Origin: an uncultured delta proteobacterium
GTDB lineage: Bacteria > Desulfobacterota > BSN033 > UBA1163
Assembly: GCA_963827685.1 (NCBI GenBank)
Contig: CAWHBU010000004.1
Location: forward strand, 817,708-881,707
DNA: 64,000 nucleotides
Direction of reading: 5' to 3'
Shown: positions 57,708 through 64,000 of the stretch, piece by piece
How the letters are laid out: the number at the start of each line of letters is the position of its first letter
How positions within the stretch are numbered: position 1 is the stretch's first letter
Notes under the pieces: model-generated
What the model was told of the DNA's origin: nothing
Database searches by the model: none
What the model saw: only the letters and a program-made list of their open reading frames with translations
Position numbers and translations under genes: made by a program

Positions 57708-57859
57708 GTTTTTTTTCCATCTGGAAATAGAATTCAGGCAATTGGTCAAGTTCAATTCGAAGAATAGCGGCAGCGACCTAAGATCATAAAGGCATTTCAG
57801 ATTTTAGATTTCAAATCTGCAATCCCTGACTGCAACAGGTGCGATTTGAAATTAAAAAA

Positions 57860-57953
57860 TTCCGCATTCCGCAATCCCCACTCCGAATTTGGTTTGTCGC
57901 CCCATCTCCTTATCACCTCATCTCCCTATCCCCGTGTCGCCCTGTCACTCTAT
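57860..57953. repeat. 7-bp and 8-bp degenerate tandem repeats
   Basis: attccgc units, then tcgcccca-tctcctta-tcacctca-tctcccta-tccccgtg-tcgccctg-tcactcta; similar 8-mers at 53197-53244. Confidence 0.6.
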
Positions 57954-59290
57954 CTTTTTGTCTTCTGCTGAGGAGGTGGTACTTTGCACTCGGATTTGTT
58001 CCATTCTTCAATAAGTCTCCGAGTGATCTCCAGTTGCTGCCCGATGGAGAAGTCAGCATATTTGGGGTCTTGTTTTCGGTAAGTCCTCTCAATAAAGTCC
58101 ATGGAGTTATGGGCACTTCGGAGTTGGGAAAGAATGATGTCGCATTTCTTTAATCCCCATCGGGCTTCGATGGAATCTTCTGGATTGGGTGAGAGCCAGA
58201 GGTAGTTCTGATAGAGATGGTAAAAAGTGATGGATTGACCTTTTTGGATGGGAATCGAAATTCCTTCCATCATTTCTTTTGTTGCATCATGGTCCAGATG
58301 GTTCAATTCGATGAGATGATGGAGATGGTCCATGAGTAAGATTATCCATCCATCACGACCGGGCGTGCTATGAATCTCCCATAGGTCCGAGCCTTCCGGA
58401 CAACTTCCCTTGTGGCATCGTTGGAATCCTTCTAAGACAATCGGCACCCTCTCTTTGATATACTGAACCGTTTTGTCCAACACCTTTTCCATTTTATCCC
58501 TGGGATCGTAATCCGTTGGGTCGATCCTTTTGGCCACCGCTTCGACGAAATCGGTGTAGCCCTCCGAGAAAGTTGGAGAGTACTGTTCCAGAGAATAAAA
58601 GGGATGTTTTTCAGCAGGAAGATATTTCCAATGCCCATTTTCAAATATTGGCCAGCGGAACTTAATCAAACCGGAGTAGATAGTAGATTCCGGTCGCGTG
58701 GTCAGAAAATCCCTTCCGCTCATTTTCTGAAATTTCACAGGAGACGTGGCCTCCCAAGTCTGAAGGGGATGGGCGGTACTTCCATCTAAAATGACACGGC
58801 CAATGATTCCGGAATGAGATTCCGTCACCAAAAAAGCCGTTCCAGGGGTGATTGAATCCGGGTCAATTCGAACGGGGTAGGTATCCAGGGGAAGGGTTCG
58901 GGTGGTCGTCTCAGAAAGCATGTGAAGAAGGGCTTTGCGAAACCGGAGATCTTTATGCCACTCCGGATGAGTCGGTAGTTTCCCCCATTCTGTAGACCAG
59001 TGGCCGATCAATTGGCCGTCCTTCGTGGTAGCCGCAGCAGGGAGGTGGGCGATCCGTGCATAGATCCATCGCACCGCATAAGGGACGTCTGCACAGTCAA
59101 TAGGGATTTTATAACGGATAAAGAAATCCTCCGTGATGTTCTTCTCCACCCATTTAGCCAATCGGCACTCCTCCTGAACGGTCCATCGACAATTCCCCAC
59201 TTTCCATATTTGAAGAGAAGATTCCTTCAGGGACCCTGCGAAAGATGGGACCGAGAAGAAGAGGACGAGGAGAGGAATCCAAAAGCGCAT
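57950..59290 (-). CDS. Secreted hypothetical protein
   Basis: 446 aa; signal peptide ending SFA-G; IDCAD motif followed ~90 aa later by HSG. Confidence 0.7.
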   Translation of the reverse strand: MRFWIPLLVLFFSVPSFAGSLKESSLQIWKVGNCRWTVQEECRLAKWVEKNITEDFFIRYKIPIDCADVPYAVRWIYARIAHLPAAATTKDGQLIGHWSTEWGKLPTHPEWHKDLRFRKALLHMLSETTTRTLPLDTYPVRIDPDSITPGTAFLVTESHSGIIGRVILDGSTAHPLQTWEATSPVKFQKMSGRDFLTTRPESTIYSGLIKFRWPIFENGHWKYLPAEKHPFYSLEQYSPTFSEGYTDFVEAVAKRIDPTDYDPRDKMEKVLDKTVQYIKERVPIVLEGFQRCHKGSCPEGSDLWEIHSTPGRDGWIILLMDHLHHLIELNHLDHDATKEMMEGISIPIQKGQSITFYHLYQNYLWLSPNPEDSIEARWGLKKCDIILSQLRSAHNSMDFIERTYRKQDPKYADFSIGQQLEITRRLIEEWNKSECKVPPPQQKTKR

Positions 59291-59368
59291 GTTTCCATAT
59301 TAAAAAGATTGGTAGAGAATTGTCAACCAAATCAGTGAGCCAAGTGAATTAAGAGTTAGGAGAGACCC

Positions 59369-59398
59369 TTGACAAATTATGAGCATATGCTTATAATT
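59369..59398 (+). promoter_or_regulatory. Consensus sigma70 promoter with an embedded 24-bp palindrome (candidate DUF134 operator)
   Basis: TTGACA-N17-TATAAT; AATTATGAGCAT|ATGCTTATAATT has one mismatch from a perfect palindrome. Confidence 0.78.
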
Positions 59399-59426
59399 AG
59401 GCTGATTTCAAGAGGAGGAGCTTCCA

Positions 59427-59906
59427 ATGGCAAGGCCGAGAAACTGTAGGCGAGTTGGTTCCGTGCCTGAGAGTAATTACTTTAAACCAAGAGGGATTCC
59501 TCTCTCCATGTTGGAAGACGTCATTTTAACTGTTGACGAGTTTGAGGCGATCAGGCTTGCTGACCTTGAGAGTTTATACCAAGAGAAGGCGGCGGAAAAG
59601 ATGAACGTTTCCCGGCAGACCTTTGGGAGGATTATCGAATCCGCGCACAAAAAAGTGGCGGAGGCATTGGTTAAAGGCAAAGCACTAAAGATTGAAGGAG
59701 GTGAATTTGAAATGGCGTCAATGAGAAAATTTAGGTGTTCTGATTGCCAACACTCCTGGGAGTTGCCTTACGGAACAGGCAGGCCAGGGGACTGTCCATC
59801 CTGCAAAAGTGGCAACATCCAAAGAGCGGAGGAAGACAGAGGATACGCCAGGGGAGTTGGAAGAGGGCAAGGCAGGTGTTGCCGTGGAACCGAACAAAAA
59901 CGGTAA
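59427..59906 (+). CDS. DUF134 HTH protein with C-terminal zinc ribbon
   Basis: MARPRNCRRV, FKPRG, EFEAIRLAD, MNVSRQTFGRI..AH.KVA.AL, CSDC...CPSC. Confidence 0.9.
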   Translation: MARPRNCRRVGSVPESNYFKPRGIPLSMLEDVILTVDEFEAIRLADLESLYQEKAAEKMNVSRQTFGRIIESAHKKVAEALVKGKALKIEGGEFEMASMRKFRCSDCQHSWELPYGTGRPGDCPSCKSGNIQRAEEDRGYARGVGRGQGRCCRGTEQKR

Positions 59907-59970
59907 CAGAGGAGAAATATAACCCAAGCATTCCAAAAGGCGGGAAGCCGCCATGAGAAAGGAGAAAATC

Positions 59971-60345
59971 ATGAAGGTAGGTTTTGCAGTTCAGGGTAAT
60001 GAAGGAGTGGAGAGCAAGGTTTATGACCATTTTGGTTCAGCACCGGCGTTTATCATCGTCGATACTGACGGAAAAGAAGTTTCGACAGTAAACAACCAAG
60101 ATCTCCATCATGTCCACGGTGCATGTAACCCAATTATGGCTCTTGATGGAAAGAATGTGGATGCAATGGTGGTTGGCGGGATAGGCTCAGGTGCCATCAC
60201 CAAGTTAAACGCCATGGGTGTGAAAGTCTATGCCGCAGCGGCTCCAACCGTTAAAGAAAATCTTGAGTTATTGGGTCAAAATAAGCTTGAGGAGCTTTCT
60301 GTATACAATGCGTGCCGAGCTCATCAGGGAGGATGCGGACACTGA
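59971..60345 (+). CDS. NifB/NifX-type FeMo-cofactor-binding family protein
   Basis: HFGSAPAFIIVD, HHVHGACNP, VVGGIG. Confidence 0.85.
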   Translation: MKVGFAVQGNEGVESKVYDHFGSAPAFIIVDTDGKEVSTVNNQDLHHVHGACNPIMALDGKNVDAMVVGGIGSGAITKLNAMGVKVYAAAAPTVKENLELLGQNKLEELSVYNACRAHQGGCGH

Positions 60346-60424
60346 AACGAGCTTGAATTGGAACAAAAAGATTAGCGTATAGGCAGGCAGGGTGTTGGAG
60401 TCTGCAAACGTGAAGGAGAAGATC

Positions 60425-60658
60425 ATGCCGATTTATGAGTATCGCTGTGAGCAATGTGGTCAAGTTAATGAATTTCTGATTCTGGGAAGACGGGATCCGT
60501 TGCTCTGCAAGCAGTGTGGCAGCAAGTATTTAACGAAGCTGTTGTCCGCTCACAATACAGTCATCGCCCCGTCGCATGGACGTACTGAACCCGGTTCCGG
60601 AGGCTGTTGCGGGACACCCAATTCATGCGGGACCCCGGGAAGTTGCTGTTCCGGGTAG
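60425..60658 (+). CDS. FmdB family zinc-ribbon protein
   Basis: MPIYEYRCEQCG...CKQCGS..LTKLLS; Cys-rich tail. Confidence 0.85.
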   Translation: MPIYEYRCEQCGQVNEFLILGRRDPLLCKQCGSKYLTKLLSAHNTVIAPSHGRTEPGSGGCCGTPNSCGTPGSCCSG

Positions 60659-60724
60659 GCCATCTTTCTTGTCCAAAAGGTGGGATGGGCCGCACATGGG
60701 AGGATCATCTCGTCGTTGCATCGA

Positions 60725-60838
60725 ATGATCCCGGCGAGAGAGGGTTATGACGTCAAATTCATGGACGGCGGAATTGATGCGCGGCCGTACGAGGTAGCCT
60801 TTGGCAGGCTGTCTGCCAATGAGGCCCCAATTCAATGA
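60725..60838 (+). pseudogene. Possible rhodanese-domain C-terminal remnant
   Basis: Translates EGYDVKFMDGGIDARPYEV, resembling the G.dV..l.GG..aWpy rhodanese end with W changed to R. Confidence 0.4.
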
Positions 60839-61020
60839 ACCGGAGTAGAATGCCCGAGTTCAATTCAACCTGATGTCGACAGGATAGAACAAAGAGACAA
60901 TCCTCACAGACAGAAATAGGATTGAAAGAATTCACCTGAATCTGGCGAAGAAGATGTACTGTACTGAAATTAAGAGAATCCCGGAACGTATGATTCTGAA
61001 ATAGGCCTGGATGAAGGTCC

Positions 61021-62358
61021 ATGAAAAGAAGAGAGGCCGATAAATTCTTTAATGTGATCCTCAATAGCATCGCCGATGGCGTCTTCACTACAGACAATGA
61101 CGGCAAGATCACTTTCATGAATAAAGCAGGCGAGGAGATCACCGGATTTTCCAACAGGGAAGCCATCGGCCATTACTGTTTCGACGTCTTCAGGGCGGAT
61201 ATCTGCCAGTCTCGATGTGCCCTTAAGGAGACCCTCAAGACGAAAAAAGAGATCATAAACCTGCCTGCGACCATTCTAAAAAAGGGCGGGCAGAAGGTTC
61301 CTATCAGCGTCAGCACGGCTGTTTTGAAGAACGAGCGGGGACAGATCATCGGAGGTGTTGAAACCTTTAGAGATCTCTCTGCGATTGAAGAGCTTAGAAA
61401 AGAACTCTCACAAAAGTATACGGTCGGCGATATTATAAGCAAAAATCACCTGATTCATGATATCTTCAACATTCTTCCCAATATTGCAGAAAGTGAGAGC
61501 ACTGTTCTGGTCCAAGGTGCCAGCGGTACGGGCAAAGAACTCTTTGCAAAGGCTATTCACAATCTCAGCGGAAGAAAAACAAAGGCCTTCATCAAGGTGA
61601 ATTGTGGTGCTCTTCCGGATACCTTGCTTGAGTCGGAACTCTTTGGATACATCAAAGGGGCTTTTACGGATGCAAAGAAGGACAAACCGGGGAGATTTGC
61701 CCTTGCCAATGGAGGTACGATTTTTCTCGATGAAGTCGGCGATATGTCACCTTCCCTCCAGGTAAAATTACTTCGCGTGCTTCAGGAGAAGGAGTATGAG
61801 CCCTTGGGGGCAACCAGTCCACGGCAGACAGATGTCCGGGTCATTGCTGCAACCAATAAAGATCTGTCAACACTAGTGAAGGAAGGGAAATTCCGTGATG
61901 ATCTCTACTACCGACTCAACGTGGTTAAGATTGATTTACCTCCTCTTTCCCAAAGAAGGGAGGACATCCCTTTGCTGATTGATGCTTTTGTTCAGAAGTT
62001 TAACGCCAAAATGGGGAAGCAGATCATGGGAGTATCTGATCAGGCTCGGCGGTTTTTATTAGGATATGACTTTCCTGGAAATGTCCGGGAACTTGAAAAC
62101 ATCATCGAGCATGCCTTCGTCCTCTGTGGAGGAAACAGGATCGATCTGGACTGCCTGCCCAGAGAACTGACCATGAAGCAAGAGAAAACAGATTTATCCG
62201 TTTCACTAAAAGAGGAACACCCCTTTGAGAAAGCCGAAGCTGAAATAGTGATAAGGACTTTGGAAAAAAACGGGGGTAGCAGGGTCAAGGCGGCCGAGGA
62301 GTTAGGCATCAGCAGGGCGACACTGTGGAGGAAGATCAAGCGATACGGGTTAACATAG
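61021..62358 (+). CDS. PAS-domain sigma54-dependent transcriptional activator (Fis HTH)
   Basis: PAS, GASGTGKE, ESELFG..KGAFTDA, FLDEVGDM, RDDLYYRLNV, PGNVREL, LGISRATLWRK. Confidence 0.93.
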   Translation: MKRREADKFFNVILNSIADGVFTTDNDGKITFMNKAGEEITGFSNREAIGHYCFDVFRADICQSRCALKETLKTKKEIINLPATILKKGGQKVPISVSTAVLKNERGQIIGGVETFRDLSAIEELRKELSQKYTVGDIISKNHLIHDIFNILPNIAESESTVLVQGASGTGKELFAKAIHNLSGRKTKAFIKVNCGALPDTLLESELFGYIKGAFTDAKKDKPGRFALANGGTIFLDEVGDMSPSLQVKLLRVLQEKEYEPLGATSPRQTDVRVIAATNKDLSTLVKEGKFRDDLYYRLNVVKIDLPPLSQRREDIPLLIDAFVQKFNAKMGKQIMGVSDQARRFLLGYDFPGNVRELENIIEHAFVLCGGNRIDLDCLPRELTMKQEKTDLSVSLKEEHPFEKAEAEIVIRTLEKNGGSRVKAAEELGISRATLWRKIKRYGLT

Positions 62359-62371
62359 GATGTAACATTAT

Positions 62372-62924
62372 TAAAATCGCATCTGAAAACCCCTTCCTGT
62401 GGACGGGGATGAAAGATGCGTCTGCTGAAGGCAGAAAAATGTGGTATATGAAAGTGCATGACTATCCGAAGAGCTGCTCACGCTGTCTATGACACAAAAT
62501 ATCACTTGGTATGGGCGCCGAAGTATCGGAAATGGATTAAGAGACAAGATATCAGGGATAAGGCGCAGGAGATATTTGGAGAAGTTGCAGAAAATTATGG
62601 TTTTGACATTCAGGAGATGAGAGTGGCACCGGATCATGTTCATATATTCTTGAGTTTTCCGCCGAGATATTCGATTGCACGGGTAGTAGGGATGCTGAAG
62701 AGTATTTCTGCGAGTCAGATATTTGAGGAATTTCCGGAAGTGAAGAAAGAGCTTTGGGGAGGGGAATTTTGGGAGGATGGGTATTTTGCGAGGACCGTGG
62801 GGGATAAAATCACGGCGGATTTGATCAAGCGCTACATCAAATATCATCGAGACGAGGTTCATGGTAAGCAACTAAAATTGTTTTAAGGGTTTTAAAGCCC
62901 CGCCTTGTAGGCGGGGTTCTTTAC
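62372..62924 (+). mobile_element. IS200/IS605-family element (tnpA only)
   Basis: Left hairpin CCCCTTCC-TGT-GGACGGGG preceded by AAAA, with flanking TTAT; right hairpin CCCCGCCT-TGT-AGGCGGGG preceded by AAAG, ending TTAC. Confidence 0.85.
62458..62886 (+). CDS. tnpA: IS200/IS605 Y1 transposase
   Basis: YHLVWAPKYR, DHVHIF (HUH), FWEDGYFARTVG, IKRYI. Confidence 0.93.
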   Translation: MTIRRAAHAVYDTKYHLVWAPKYRKWIKRQDIRDKAQEIFGEVAENYGFDIQEMRVAPDHVHIFLSFPPRYSIARVVGMLKSISASQIFEEFPEVKKELWGGEFWEDGYFARTVGDKITADLIKRYIKYHRDEVHGKQLKLF

Positions 62925-62945
62925 TGAAACTTTTATGTTTCATTA

Positions 62946-62961
62946 GTCTCATTTATGAGAC
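62946..62961. promoter_or_regulatory. Palindromic candidate enhancer (UAS)
   Basis: GTCTCA-TTTA-TGAGAC about 90-100 bp upstream of a sigma54 promoter. Confidence 0.6.
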
Positions 62962-63048
62962 GTTTATCTCTTCCCTATTTCATCCCTCCTCTATCTAAAA
63001 ATTCTCCAATTTATCTAAATCACTGACTTTTCCTCTCTTTCCAGCATT

Positions 63049-63063
63049 TGGCACCCATTTTGC
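63049..63063 (+). promoter_or_regulatory. sigma54 promoter
   Basis: TGGCAC-CCATT-TTGC, exact -24/-12 consensus. Confidence 0.82.
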
Positions 63064-63081
63064 TCTTTAGAATCCGTAGCT

Positions 63082-63462
63082 ATGAAGATCGCCATTCCCA
63101 TTTTTGGAAATCGAATTTCCCCCCGCTTTGACTTCTCACCTGAGATGTGGATCATCGATGTTGAGGGGAGAGAGGTCGTAAGGCAGGAAAGGCTCCCAAC
63201 GGCTAATCTCAATCTCCCCCAGCGTCTGGAGCAGATCACCTCAAACGGGGTGGATAAAGTCATCTGCGGCGGAATTGACGGTTTTTGTCAGAGTCAACTT
63301 GGAAGTAGGGGTATTGATGTCGTTCAAGATGTCATAGGAGATGCCGAGATCGTCTTTGATCTTTTCATGAGAGGAAGGCTTCGACCCGGCTTCTGTTGTG
63401 AAAGAAGAGGAAGAAGACGCTTTTGTGCTTGGAGAAATGGTTCCGGAGGGAGGAAAACATAA
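63082..63462 (+). CDS. NifB/NifX-type FeMo-cofactor-binding family protein
   Basis: MKIAIPIFGNRISPRFD, VDKVICGGI. Confidence 0.8.
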   Translation: MKIAIPIFGNRISPRFDFSPEMWIIDVEGREVVRQERLPTANLNLPQRLEQITSNGVDKVICGGIDGFCQSQLGSRGIDVVQDVIGDAEIVFDLFMRGRLRPGFCCERRGRRRFCAWRNGSGGRKT

Positions 63463-64000
63463 ATGGAAAAAGAAAAGTGTGAACAAGATTCAACCTGTGA
63501 AACGTGTGATCAAACCAATTCTTGCAGCCAGCAGGAGAAAGAGACCCATGCCCAGGAGAGATTAAGATCAAAGCTCTCGCACATCAAACATCGAATCATG
63601 GTGATGAGTGGGAAAGGCGGTGTTGGAAAGAGTTCTGTAGCAACGAACTTAGCAGTAGCCTTATCCCAAGATGGACTCAATGTTGGAATTCTGGATGCTG
63701 ACATCCATGGTCCCAATATCCCCAAGATGCTGGGAATCGAATTTCAACATGTAGAAAACTTTGGGAAGGGGATGATCCCCGTGGAGGTCTTCCCGAATTT
63801 GAAGGTCATCTCCATGGCCTTTTTCATTGGAGATCGGGATAACCCAGTGGTTTGGAGAGGCCCAATCAAACACAATGCTATTAGTCAATTTCTTGGTGAG
63901 GTGGAGTGGGGAAACCTTGATTTTCTTATCGTGGACCTTCCTCCCGGGACAGGAGACGAACCGCTGAGCGTGGCTCATTTGATTAAAAACGTAGACGGAG
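63463..64000 (+). CDS. Mrp/NBP35 Fe-S cluster carrier ATPase (truncated at window end)
   Basis: MEKEKCEQDSTCETC..., VMSGKGGVGKSSV, LDADIHGPNIP, VVWRGP, VDLPPGTGDE; missing from the ORF track because no stop lies in the window. Confidence 0.9.
   Translation, partial: MEKEKCEQDSTCETCDQTNSCSQQEKETHAQERLRSKLSHIKHRIMVMSGKGGVGKSSVATNLAVALSQDGLNVGILDADIHGPNIPKMLGIEFQHVENFGKGMIPVEVFPNLKVISMAFFIGDRDNPVVWRGPIKHNAISQFLGEVEWGNLDFLIVDLPPGTGDEPLSVAHLIKNVDG

Noticed and set aside
59971-63462. NifB/NifX-family genes as evidence of nitrogen fixation
   Set aside because: These small domains commonly occur with DUF134/Mrp in non-diazotrophs; no nifHDK in the window.

Overview
Chromosomal window from an anaerobic bacterium, probably Deltaproteobacteria/Desulfobacterota-like. 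This is inferred from the gene style, sigma54 circuitry, selenoproteins and the intergenic repeat types. Contents in order: a Sec-peroxiredoxin/lipoprotein pair; a complete complex I operon (nuoA, fused nuoBCD, nuoE-N); a PrpD + ComA-like pair; a LytS/LytTR-linked envelope/lipid export cluster; a GlcD/CCG Fe-S oxidoreductase triplet; a Sec C-GCAxxG-C-C protein; a GemA + DUF151-PDZ pair; thiol-redox genes; DNA repair genes (UDG, Smr, PD-(D/E)XK, Nth, PolX); pepA-hemE-hemH-hemY, pncA and a hemL-like gene; a sigma54-type HTH/HEAT/HD-GYP operon; an AT-rich NYN cassette; a DUF134/NifX/Mrp cluster; and one IS200/IS605 element. The best candidate for an undescribed system is the NYN (PIN-like RNase) gene. 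It is preceded by a near-consensus sigma70 promoter and a ~60-nt RNA of two hairpins with the same architecture ending in a U-tract, the layout of an RNA-antitoxin (type III-like) toxin-antitoxin module. Other notable signals: two UGA-readthrough selenoproteins split by the ORF track, a duplicated candidate LytTR promoter, a PolX with D-to-N catalytic substitutions, nested REP elements carried in frame in UDG, an IS that split a candidate enhancer site, and a palindromic operator candidate for DUF134. No rRNA, tRNA or CRISPR array was recognised. All family assignments come from motif recognition by eye, not database searches.
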